Source: an uncultured Chloroflexia bacterium (lineage in GTDB: Bacteria > Chloroflexota > UBA6077 > JACCZL01). Taken from it: a DNA stretch of 64,000 nucleotides. Every line of letters starts with the position of its first letter. Position 1 is the first letter of the stretch. This document shows positions 42,676-55,804 of the stretch, piece after piece. Both the position numbers and the translations under genes were made by a program. Below the pieces are notes generated by a model. That model had not been told where the DNA came from. It worked only from the letters and a program-made list of their open reading frames with translations, and ran no database searches. The DNA lies in NCBI GenBank assembly GCA_963765765.1, contig CAVXYC010000014.1:96001-160000 (forward strand), read 5' to 3'.

Positions 42676-42993
42676 TCATTGGCAGCGGTGGTTTGCAAGG
42701 AACTGCCGCACCCAGCCGCCCCAGACTTCGCGAGCCGCATCCAATGCGGCAGCCCGATCACCATCCAGGATCAGTGCAGCCACTCTCAAGTCGAAATGCG
42801 CCAGGTGCGGATCCGGAGCCGGCTCAGCCAGGAGTATGAGGAGCTCTGCGTCAGCAAGCTGTCGCAGCGACTCTTCGAGCTCACCCGACGGCCGAAGGGC
42901 CGCCTGGATTTCCGTAACGAAGGCCGCCTTTGGCTCGCGCCGACTCAAAGCATCCAGGACTTGCTGGGCAGCATCGTTGATTGAATACGACAT
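42676..42993 (-). CDS. Small hypothetical protein at the head of the hydantoinase cluster
   Basis: ORF ending PDPHL...WVRQFLANHRCQ, co-oriented 20 bp upstream of hydantoinase A. Confidence 0.6.
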   Translation of the reverse strand: MSYSINDAAQQVLDALSRREPKAAFVTEIQAALRPSGELEESLRQLADAELLILLAEPAPDPHLAHFDLRVAALILDGDRAAALDAAREVWGGWVRQFLANHRCQ

Positions 42994-43066
42994 GGTCACA
43001 GAAGAAAGCACGATCGGGGACGGAGTCTACCGGGTGGCTACTCGAGCGTCAATCGAATAAACATTA

Positions 43067-43258
43067 ATGCACGTAGTGATCGCTTCAGCGATTATTCCCG
43101 AATGCCGGAAGCGAGCGGAGCGATGCGTCCCGTGATCTCGCTCTTGCCACAGAATAGCTACAGTCCACAACGCGAGGCTGCACCGACATCGTAAGCCGCA
43201 AGGGCTTCGCTCGCTCTCAGCATTCGTGAATAATCGCTGAAGCGATCACTACGTGCAT
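43067..43258. repeat. 192-bp palindromic element (MITE/REP-like)
   Basis: Perfect 31-bp terminal inverted repeat ATGCACGTAGTGATCGCTTCAGCGATTATTC, extending imperfectly inward (CGAATGC/GCATTCG, AGCGAGCG/CGCTCGCT). Confidence 0.75.
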
Positions 43259-43356
43259 CAGGCCTATCATCTCCACAAAGCACACAGCTACCCAATGCTT
43301 CGGAACCGGAGAGGCCATCAGCGCGTCACATGGTTCAGAGGTCGTGACCAATCACA

Positions 43357-44898
43357 ATGATTCAAGACGCTATTCGGACATTTCAGCTCAAGGCTGAAGG
43401 CCAGCCGCCGGTATCAGTCCATCTGGGCGATGCCCCATTTGGCCTGGGCAGAGACAAAACGAACGGCCTGGTTTTGCCGGATGGCAAGGTGTCTCGCCAA
43501 CACGCTGAGCTGTTGCTGCGGAACGGCATGGCAGTGCTGCGCGATAGAGGAAGCAGCAACGGGACGACGGTGAACGGCGAGCGTATTCAATCAAGGGCTG
43601 AGCGGGTTCTCCGTGACGGTGATGTCCTGGGTATCGGTCCATATCGCCTGGTCTTTCAGGTAGCAGCCTCGCCTCCGCCAGCGCCTGCAACTAGCAACGC
43701 GGTCAGTCCCGCCCCCGCAGACATCGCGCCGAATGAGCGTTCGCCACGCTTTCGGCAGCTCGGTCGGCACATCACCAGGATAGCGCTGGGGGTGATCGCG
43801 ACCGCAATCGTCCTGGGACTCCTCGTGGCTGGCCTGCTGTGGCTACTCTCGCCGCCCTCCGTCTCGGTTCTCATCCTTGGCACCGATGCCCGACCGGCGG
43901 AGCTCGCCGCGGGCGACCGTGGTCGGACCGACACGCTGGTGGCTTACGTGGCGGACCGCGATGCCGGTCGGAACTTGATGATCTCCATCCCACGCGATCT
44001 GTGGGTGCAGACATCGAGCACAACGGCCGGAAAAATCAACACGGCCTATCGAATTGGAGGCGCGAGCGTCGCGAGGCAAGCTGTCAGCGGCTCGCTCGGG
44101 ATTCCCGTCGATCGACACCTGGTCATTGGCCTGCAGGGTGTGCGGGATGTCGTGGATGCATTGGGTGGGATCGATGTGGATGTCGAATCGGCAATCCGTG
44201 ACGATAATTTTCCGACGGACGACTTCGGCACGACGGTGTTTGAGATCTCGGCCGGTCGGCATCACATGGACGGCGAGACGGCACTGCGCTTGGCACGGAC
44301 GCGCTATGCGGACGACGACCTGGCGCGCGTTGGTCGACAGCAGAAAGTACTCACCGGCATCCGCAACGCCGCCACCAATCCGCTCAATGTCTGGCGACTC
44401 CCCGGAACGTTTCTGGCGCTGCAACGCACCACCGAGACGGATATCGGTCCCCGCGAGCTAGCCACCGTTGCGGCGGCGTTTATGCGATCCCCGGGCTCGC
44501 CCGAGCGATTCACGCCCGATTGGAACATGGTGCAGCCCTTCATTTCGCCGCAAGGAGAGGCAGCGCTTCGGCCCCAGCCCGCCTATCGCGATGCACTCGC
44601 TGCGCTGCTCATCGGCCCCAACGCTTCCATTGAGGTGTTGAATGCCAGCGGACGCGATGGCACGGCTCGTCGAGCGGCAGACACGCTCACAGCGCGAGGA
44701 CTTCGTGTGTCAGGCGTTGGTACGGCGGAACGACCGCAAGCAGGATCAATAATCCACGTTCGGCCTGCAAATCGGCTCGCGGGACAATCGCTGGCGTCGC
44801 TCCTGGGGCTGGGGATGGATGCGGTCCGCGATGCGGGCAACCTCCCGTCCAACGTGACCATACGCGTCACACTCGGTTCGGGATACGCGGGCACCTGA
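43357..44898 (+). CDS. FHA domain - TM - LCP (LytR-CpsA-Psr) - LytR_C fusion protein
   Basis: FHA: LGRDKTN...VSRQHAEL...DRGSSNGTTVNG. LCP: LILGTDAR, GRTDT, ISIPRDLWV, KINTAY, VDALGGIDV, ARTR..DDDLARVGRQQ. LytR_C: IEVLNASGRDGTA...VTLG. Confidence 0.9.
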   Translation: MIQDAIRTFQLKAEGQPPVSVHLGDAPFGLGRDKTNGLVLPDGKVSRQHAELLLRNGMAVLRDRGSSNGTTVNGERIQSRAERVLRDGDVLGIGPYRLVFQVAASPPPAPATSNAVSPAPADIAPNERSPRFRQLGRHITRIALGVIATAIVLGLLVAGLLWLLSPPSVSVLILGTDARPAELAAGDRGRTDTLVAYVADRDAGRNLMISIPRDLWVQTSSTTAGKINTAYRIGGASVARQAVSGSLGIPVDRHLVIGLQGVRDVVDALGGIDVDVESAIRDDNFPTDDFGTTVFEISAGRHHMDGETALRLARTRYADDDLARVGRQQKVLTGIRNAATNPLNVWRLPGTFLALQRTTETDIGPRELATVAAAFMRSPGSPERFTPDWNMVQPFISPQGEAALRPQPAYRDALAALLIGPNASIEVLNASGRDGTARRAADTLTARGLRVSGVGTAERPQAGSIIHVRPANRLAGQSLASLLGLGMDAVRDAGNLPSNVTIRVTLGSGYAGT

Positions 44899-44899
44899 C

Positions 44900-45071
44900 A
44901 CTCCTCCAATCCATTCACGTCCAACAGGACGATGTCTGGATGGTCCGCCTGCAATCGATCCAGGGCCTGTTGCCCATCAATCGCCGCCACGACCGTGTAG
45001 CCCTCGCGGCGAAGTGCGTAGGTCATCAGGTCCACGTGACCCACATCATCATCAACGAGTAGCGCCTTCAT
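44900..45071 (-). pseudogene. Truncated response regulator receiver domain
   Basis: AGGAGG RBS; MKALLVDDD...LRREGYTVVAAIDGQQAL...PDIVLLDVN. Homology then stops at the 3' end of the convergent LCP gene. Confidence 0.75.
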
Positions 45072-45489
45072 AATCCATCCTCCTGCTTGTTGGCGGGTCA
45101 GAAGCCCGACGCACCTTTGACGGTGGCTGCATCTGAATTCCAGCGGTCCGATCCCAGTGCCTCGACCGCTTTTCAATGCGGTGTCAACACGAGCAGCTTA
45201 GATGCTTCAGAAGTCACGCGAAATGCCACGGCTGGTTGATTTTTGGTTGACCCGTTGGACGTCATCCGGGGCTACCTGGGATGGGCTACACCAGTAGCAC
45301 TGGCTGGGTGAGTAAGAGTAGTTCATAGGGCCTCAGCTGTCACACTATTGTGCCGACCGACGACTCATTCCGAATGACACAGTGCCCCTCTGAAATTCCG
45401 AGTCGCGACTCCCTAGGCGTCGGTATCGGGTGCGTCACGACTTAACGAAGTCCAATTCAGCGCAATCGACGCGAAAAATGCCAGACAAA

Positions 45490-45527
45490 ACAAACGAGAC
45501 GGGCCATATATGGCCCGTCTCGTTTGT
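45490..45527. terminator. Perfect 38-bp palindrome, likely icd terminator
   Basis: ACAAACGAGACGGGCCATA|TATGGCCCGTCTCGTTTGT, with a T-rich tail on the minus strand. Confidence 0.7.
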
Positions 45528-45595
45528 ATCGTGGCGCGGAAATTATCCCGTCTTCCGAGATTGCGGAGAACGGTGGAATGAATTACAAGCGCGGA

Positions 45596-49190
<3,595 letters not shown>

Positions 49191-49285
49191 GCCTTTGCGG
49201 GGTGAGGAATTAAGACCCCCACCCCGTCCCTCCAGGCCAGCCGGGATTTTCACGGCCTGCATTTATCATTCCTCAGTCATTCCCC

Positions 49286-49436
49286 ACACCAGTGACACTG
49301 TCATCCTGAGGAACGAAGGATCTGGACGGACATCACCACCGCAGTCAGGAAAGATCGAGCACAGGAGGTCCACGCCTCGTTGTGGGCTATGTCCGGTCAG
49401 ATCCTTCGTTCCTCAGGATGACAGTGTCGCTGGTGT
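49286..49436. repeat. Palindromic REP-like element (GTCATCCTGAG...GAAGGATCT type)
   Basis: 39-bp inverted repeat with one mismatch: ACACCAGTGACACTGTCATCCTGAGGAACGAAGGATCTG. Confidence 0.75.
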
Positions 49437-49505
49437 CGGGAATTGACGTCGGTGAGTAATTCGGCCTAGCTCGTTCCGCCGCTACGCTTTTCAGTAGAGA
49501 CACTC

Positions 49506-51182
49506 ATGGCAATCGGTCAGATCGAAACAGCGCGCTCCAAGGCCCAACCTGGGGCGCTGGAGTTCGGACGATTTGCCCCGGCTTCTCTCGTGCGGCGCGT
49601 TCCGCTCTGGCCCGTCATTATCCTCGCCATCGCAGCAGGCTTCCGATACTGGAACCTTCTCGGCCTGCCGCTCTTCGTCGATGAATCGCTCTGGCTGCGT
49701 TGGGCGACTAATCCCTACGAATATCTGCCACGCGGCGCCGGCCCGCTCCAGGTGCTTCGGGTCTCGCTGATCGGCGATGTCAACCCGCCACTGCTCCACT
49801 GGGTTCTGCTCGCAGTCCTGCCCTGGAGCGATCAACCAATTCTGGCGGCCCGGTCAGTCGCGGCTACGTTCGGGGTACTGGCAACGCTCGGAACGTACCT
49901 ACTTGGCACGGAGCTTTTCGGCCGCAAAGTTGGCATCGTCGCCGGGCTGGTTCACGCGATCCTGCCGCTGGCGGTCTTTTTCGATCGCATCATTCACTAT
50001 GACGCCCTCACGGCGGCCTGCGTGGTCTACACCGCCTGGCTGTCTGCCCGGCTGGCGCGACGCCCTTCCCTGTCCGCCGCGGTCATATTAGGGATCGTGC
50101 TCGCCTCCGCAATAATCGCCAACCCTCGTGGCGCAACGATCCTGCCCGCCCCGGCCCTGGCCGTTCTTCTTCTTCGCGGCCGAACGCCATTGCGCCGTTA
50201 TCTTCCATCGGTTGGCGTGGTTTATGTCGTGACCGCGCTTCTAGCACCTTTGAGCTTCGTTGGCGTTCCGCTGGAAGGAATCGCTGACAAGATACTTCCG
50301 TTTGCGCTTGCGCCCGGCGAAGTTATGGAATCGCCCACCGCGCTCTGGGACAGAAACATTGCCCGCATCATCACCTGGATCGATGTGTACATAGGGCTGG
50401 ACCTGCTGAAATTGGCGGGCTTGGGCGCGACCGTGATGCTCATCCGGCGGCCCGGCGCTGGCCTGTATGTTCTCCTACTCTGGCTCGGACTTGTCTTGCC
50501 GTTCATCGTGGGCGGGCGGCTGATCTTCAGCCGCTACCTCGCCGTTTCCGCATTCCCACCATCCATCGCTATCGCTGCGCTGGTCGTGGCCATGGCTTGG
50601 ATTCCGGGTGCCATAGCACGACGTATGAACCTTCGACCGAAGCGACCGGCGGCCATCGTCGGAGCGATCCTAGGGGCGGTACTTCTTGTGGTGGCGATTG
50701 CACCTGCCATCCAGGCTTCCTCAAGCATGGTCTTGAATCCCTTGCGGGCCCACCTTCCTGAGTCCGACTGGGCCCAGTATCAATCCGGGTGGTACTCAGG
50801 TGTAGGCGTACCGGATGCCGCAGAGTTTCTCATCGGCGCCAGTCGCTCCGCACCGATTATTGTCTTGCGAGAGGACGGAATGCCCGGCTCGGGCGTTCAC
50901 TTCTATTCCTATCACATGCCGAATCTCAGGCACGTGATAGAGCCGGGCCTGGCGTTCAATCGCGATAACTCAATCCAACGAGTCCGCCGCTGGCTGGATG
51001 AATCACCCAACGTCTATTTCGTCGCGACCGAGGACCTGTCCGGCCAGCAGCCTAGCCGATCACGCCGACTCGACGAAGCCCTTCGAAGCTTCCCTGATCT
51101 GCAGAGGGTAGCGAAGTTCCCGTCACCGGATGAGAAAAGCCAAGTATCTGTCTTCAAGGTCGAGCCGAGAGCGCGGGGATGA
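49506..51182 (+). CDS. GT-C fold membrane glycosyltransferase (ArnT/PMT_2, GT39/GT83-like)
   Basis: TM1-R...LPLFVDE loop motif, NPPLLHW, ARSVAA, about 11-13 hydrophobic segments, FSRYL. Confidence 0.8.
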   Translation: MAIGQIETARSKAQPGALEFGRFAPASLVRRVPLWPVIILAIAAGFRYWNLLGLPLFVDESLWLRWATNPYEYLPRGAGPLQVLRVSLIGDVNPPLLHWVLLAVLPWSDQPILAARSVAATFGVLATLGTYLLGTELFGRKVGIVAGLVHAILPLAVFFDRIIHYDALTAACVVYTAWLSARLARRPSLSAAVILGIVLASAIIANPRGATILPAPALAVLLLRGRTPLRRYLPSVGVVYVVTALLAPLSFVGVPLEGIADKILPFALAPGEVMESPTALWDRNIARIITWIDVYIGLDLLKLAGLGATVMLIRRPGAGLYVLLLWLGLVLPFIVGGRLIFSRYLAVSAFPPSIAIAALVVAMAWIPGAIARRMNLRPKRPAAIVGAILGAVLLVVAIAPAIQASSSMVLNPLRAHLPESDWAQYQSGWYSGVGVPDAAEFLIGASRSAPIIVLREDGMPGSGVHFYSYHMPNLRHVIEPGLAFNRDNSIQRVRRWLDESPNVYFVATEDLSGQQPSRSRRLDEALRSFPDLQRVAKFPSPDEKSQVSVFKVEPRARG

Positions 51183-51458
51183 ATCGTCTGACACCGCAAT
51201 GGGACTAGCGTAGCTCGGAAACGGTCACTTGTCTGGCTGCCTGCGAACCAGGTGCATGTAGTGAGTGCTTCAGCGCTTTTTCACGACCGCTGCTAGCGAG
51301 CGCAGCGATGCGACGAGCGACATCAGGGCCACACCGTCCGTCTGGGCGGTCGCGGGCCGCGTCGCTCGCTTGTCGCCATCGCCAAAAAAGCGCTGAAGCA
51401 CTCACTACGAGCCTCGCGGTGTCCGCCCCTGAGCCGTGCTCGAAGAGGATGACAAATC

Positions 51459-52150
51459 TCAGAGCGGTCTGAACCCCAATCCTTCGGCAGCTTCCACGCT
51501 GATGAAACATATGTCCGGCGCCGTAGCCGCGTACTGCGGATGGCTAGGTGGGACGTACCGTAACCCGCCCACGCCGACAGCCTTCACAGGATGACTCTCG
51601 GGACAGTTCTGCCGATCCAACGGCGGCACGCGTGCATCGGCGGCGGCGCCAGAAGGCGACGGAGGCCCTCCTGATGAGATTGGCAGCGGGCTCACACGGA
51701 TCTCCACGGCTGTCACCGGCGAGAGAAACTCGGCCGCGATCCAACCGGCCGCCCCAGATTCTGTTCGGACTTCACGCCACGTGGTGCCGCTGACATCGCG
51801 ACCGGGGTCAACGAGGTCTACAAGCGTTCCTTCTGGCACAAGCTCAATTCGTTCGCCCTGGACGTTGGGCTCCGCACGTAGGTTGGCGCCGGCCCCACCC
51901 GTGTTGCCGACTCGAAGTCGCTGGAGCGGAGGCGGACCAGTCTCTTCAGCGGGAGGAGGAGCTGGACTTGCAGCGGCAGAAGGTGATGGTGCCGGGGAGC
52001 TTGCCACCAACACTGTCGCGCTGGGGGATGGAGCAACCTGCGCCTGAGGAGACGGGGGTGGCGCACTGGGCGTCACAGTGGATGCCCCACCGCACGCGGT
52101 GAGCAAGAATGATGCGACGGCAATTTGAGCGGCGCGCGCGACGCGGCCCG
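51459..52150 (-). CDS. SH3b-domain lipoprotein with Pro/Ser linker and C-terminal C-x-PVK...CF domain
   Basis: LTAC lipobox; VGNTGGAGANLRAEP...WREVRTESGAAGWIAAEFL (SH3b); CPESHPVKA...PDICFISVEAAEGLGFR. In frame with yitJ in this assembly. Confidence 0.7.
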
Positions 52151-52159
52151 AAAGGCGGA

Positions 52160-54032
52160 CTACGACGAGATTCCTCCGCCGGCGAGGCTCACGGGCCAGG
52201 ACACTGACAAGCTCAGCCACCATCTCGTATCGACCGAATGAGGGCATGAAGTACACGCCATCAGCATGGTGCTGGGCGGCGGACAGAAACTCCTGCGCCT
52301 GTAGGATGCCTTCCTGAATGCCGCGCTCGCCGGCCAATCGCATACGCTCGCGAACTGCATCCGGAATGGTCACGCCAGGAAGCTCGTTATGCAAAAACTC
52401 AGTGTGCTTGTGGCTCTGGAGCGGCATGACACCCAGGATGAATGGAATCGGAATCTTCCCCACGCGATTCAGAAAGTCCATGAGCTGATCCATATCGTAG
52501 AGTGGCTGCGACATGGCGAAATTAGCTCCGGCTTCGATTTTCTGATGAAAGCGGTCGAGCTCGAGCTCAAGATCTTCAGCAATGGGATTCACCGCGCAGG
52601 CGATCTGGAACGTGGACGGCTGCCCAATAGAATTGCCGGCCCAGTCAACACCCTGATTGAGCTGCTTCAAGACCTTCACCAGGCCGATCGAATCCACGTC
52701 CCAAACGCCTGTGGCGTTGGGATACTGCCCCATGCGCGGCGGATCACCGGTGAGGGCAAGGATGTGTCGAATACCGAGCGCGTGAGCTCCAAGGAGCTCG
52801 GATTGCAACGCCATGAGATTACGATCGCGCGTGGTGAAATGGATGATCGTTTCCAACCCCACGCGGCTCTGGATAAGTAGTGCCAGAGCGATGCAGCTCA
52901 TCCGCACGCGCGCCATGGGGCTATCGCCGATGTTGATGCAGTCCACGCCAACGTCGCGCAAAAGCGCAGCGCCCTCCAGAATCTTGGTGGGATTGAGCCC
53001 CTTCGGCGGATCCAGCTCCACGCTGACGACAAACTCACCGCGGGCCAGCTTGCGCGACCAGTTGGTGGGAGCCTCGGCCTCTTCCTCTTCCCACGAGAAA
53101 TCAGCTGGCGTGATAATCATCGGCTTGAGCGGTTTGGCCGTTTGCCGCGGCGCCGCGGACCCCATGGACGTCCGCATCGCGGCGATGTGAGCCGGTGTGG
53201 TGCCACAGCAACCGCCAATGACGCTGACACCCGCCTCAACGAATCGCGTGGCGTAATCGCCAAAGTATTCAGGCGTGGAGAAGTAGAAGAATCTACCGTC
53301 GCGCCGGGCTGGGAAGCCCGCGTTCGGCTGAACCACCAGCTTTACGTGCTCAGCAGCGTCCATCTGCTGGATGACGTCGAGCGCCAGATGCGGGCCGACT
53401 CCGCAGTTCACGCCCACCGCCGCGACACCCAGGTCGGCCAGCGCACGCACGACTTCAGGCGGCGACTCGCCGTTGAGCGTGCGACAATCATCGGTAAATG
53501 TCATCTCGGCGATGATTGGCAGCGTGCTGGCCTGCTGTGCCGCCAGGATTGCCTCGCGCAGCTCATTGAGCGCCGAAAACGTCTCGAGGATAAGAAGGTC
53601 GGCGCCCGCTTCGAGGAGCGCATCAATCTGCTCCCGAAACGCCGTGCGCGCGTCGCGCAGGGTGACCTGGCCAACGGGGCCGAGATCTTGACCAACGGGC
53701 CCCACAGAACCGGCCAGGAACACCGGCAGGCCCGACTCTTCACGCGCCTCGCGAGCGATCTTGACGGCTCGGAAATTGATATCGCGGACCTTGTCTTCCA
53801 AGCCGTACTGAGCAAGCTTGTAGCGATTAGCACCGTACGTGTTCGTCTGAACAATCTCGGCGCCAGCCTGGATGTAATCGCGGTGAATCCGCTGAACCAG
53901 GTCGGGCTCACTGAGGCACAACTCATCGAAGCAGCGCTGATATGGGATACCGTGAGAATAGAGGGCAGTACCCATCGCGCCATCGCAGAGGACCGAGCCC
54001 TTCTGAATACGTTCTATTACGGGATTGATCAT
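52160..54032 (-). CDS. yitJ: Bifunctional homocysteine S-methyltransferase / methylenetetrahydrofolate reductase
   Basis: LCDGAMGTAL, TNTYGAN, GVNCGVGP, QPNAGFP, IGGCCGTTPAHI, SVELDPPKG, DSPMARVRMS, RDRNLMALQSELLG, FLHNELPG. The 3' end is approximate. Confidence 0.92.
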
Positions 54033-54203
54033 GGTGGGAATAACCTGGCGAGCCGTGCGCTACAGCAGAGAAAAAGAGCTGGCGACTTTGACTGCCACCC
54101 GCTTATAGCATACTGAGGTAATGTCCCCAAGGTGCTGGCACGGCCGGTGAACAGATGTGGCATCAGATTGGAGTCCGAGACTGAGCTGGTATACATCCGA
54201 ACC

Positions 54204-55677
54204 GTGAGCAGACATCGTTTAACGCGCTTCTACGCTCAGCATCCAGACGCCACGATCCTGGCGATCTTGCTAACGATAGGCGCGCTCATTCGTCTTGCAT
54301 TCCTGTTCCGATCACCAGTCTTCTACGTGGGCAGTGATAGTCAGACTTATCTGCTGCCAGCCTACGAGCTACTCCGCGAAGGCGATTGGGATCTGGGCAA
54401 TCGCCGCCCGCCGCTTTACTCTCTATTCCTTGCGGCTGTCATGGCGCTCTTTGGCGAAGACACCCGAGCGATCAGCTTTGTTCAACATCTACTTGGACTG
54501 GCGACCATCCCGGCAGCCTATGCCGTCGGCCGAATGGCATCGAACCGGGCTGTCGGAGCAATCGCCGGAGCGAGCGTGGCGCTGTCAGGTCCACTATTGG
54601 TTTACGAGCATTATGTAATGTCTGAAGCGTTGTTCACGCTCATCGTGACACTCAGCGCACTCGCTTGCTTCCGGTTGCGGAGCAATGCCACCGCGATGGC
54701 AGCAGTGATCTGCGGCGTCATGATTGGCCTGGGATGGCTCACGCGACCGGCCGGTCTGTTACTGCTCCCGATGATTCCCCTGGCGCTGGTAGGTCAGGTT
54801 CCATTCCGCAAACTCATGGGGCTTAGTTTGGTCTCACTTGGCGGACTCGCGCTCGTTGCTGTGCCGTGGATGATCACGCTCATGGCTCTTTATGGCTCGC
54901 CTTCAGTGACCGGAATTGGCAACAACTTGATGTGGCGAGTGACCCGCAACGACGTGGTCTTAATTGGTCCTCGCGATAATTTTCAGTCGAGCGAAAACGA
55001 TCCGCAAGCAGCCGCCAAGCGATACGCGCTCGGCCAGGCAGCCAGGAAAGAGCTGCCGGACGACATAGCCGACGGGCTGGAGCGACGGTTTGGGCTTACC
55101 GATCAGCAGTCAGACCGCGTGCTGGCGGATGTCGGCGTTGTCCATCATCGCGGCAAAACCCATGCTGTACCTGCGAACCACAGCGGAGATCACGGCAGAT
55201 CTGTTCGTAGGAACCGAGCAGTATCTCGGCGGCCAGGGGAAAGAGGGCGGCGTGGATCGCTTCTCGAATCCACAGGAGAAGTACCAGAGCTGGTGGAATG
55301 AGAAGGTCCGCCATATTCCCCAGCCGCCACTCGCAACCGAAGCAGCCGAGTTCGGGCACGCCCGCACGATTGCCGGATTCCTACAGCCGTACAAGCTCGC
55401 CACACCTCTCGCTGTTCTGGGATTGATCGCGCTTATCGCCGGTATTGTGGCTCGACAATATCGCGGCGCCCTGATCCTGGGTATTGCGATTTTGGCTGGT
55501 CTGCTTGGCGCCGCGGCGCTGTCTGGCGCCACGCCGCGCTTTCGTTATCCGTACGACCCAATGATCTGGACGTTGGCAGGAATGGGCGCCGTCGTGGTCG
55601 TGGATCTACTTAGGCGTCTGGCGAGCTTGCGCTTTTCGACGCGTAGGGCCGCCTCGGGCAATATTCCCGCTTCGTAG
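54204..55677 (+). CDS. GT-C-like multi-pass membrane glycosyltransferase, frameshifted near 55135
   Basis: IRLA...GSDSQTY, RRPPLYSLFL, YEHYVMSEALF, LTRPAG, PRFRYPYDP. Confidence 0.72.
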
Positions 55678-55692
55678 AACGCAGTTGCGCGA

Positions 55693-55804
55693 AGCGCCTT
55701 GGAGTGCGGCGTATAGGAGCACCGCTTTGGATGAGACCCCAAATCTCGTGCAAATGTCGCGAGAAGTGAAAGCGGCGCTCCCGCACGCCGCACTCCAAGG
55801 CGCT
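55693..55804. repeat. Palindromic REP-like element (TTGGAGTGCGGC...GCCGCACTCCAA type)
   Basis: 20-bp perfect IR AGCGCCTTGGAGTGCGGCGT / ACGCCGCACTCCAAGGCGCT, with inner CCGCTTT/AAAGCGG. Lies between convergent genes. Confidence 0.72.

Noticed and set aside
54033-54200. SAM riboswitch upstream of yitJ
   Set aside because: No SAM-I core (ATC-x-AGAG...GCAACC...GTGC) is recognisable in the short leader.
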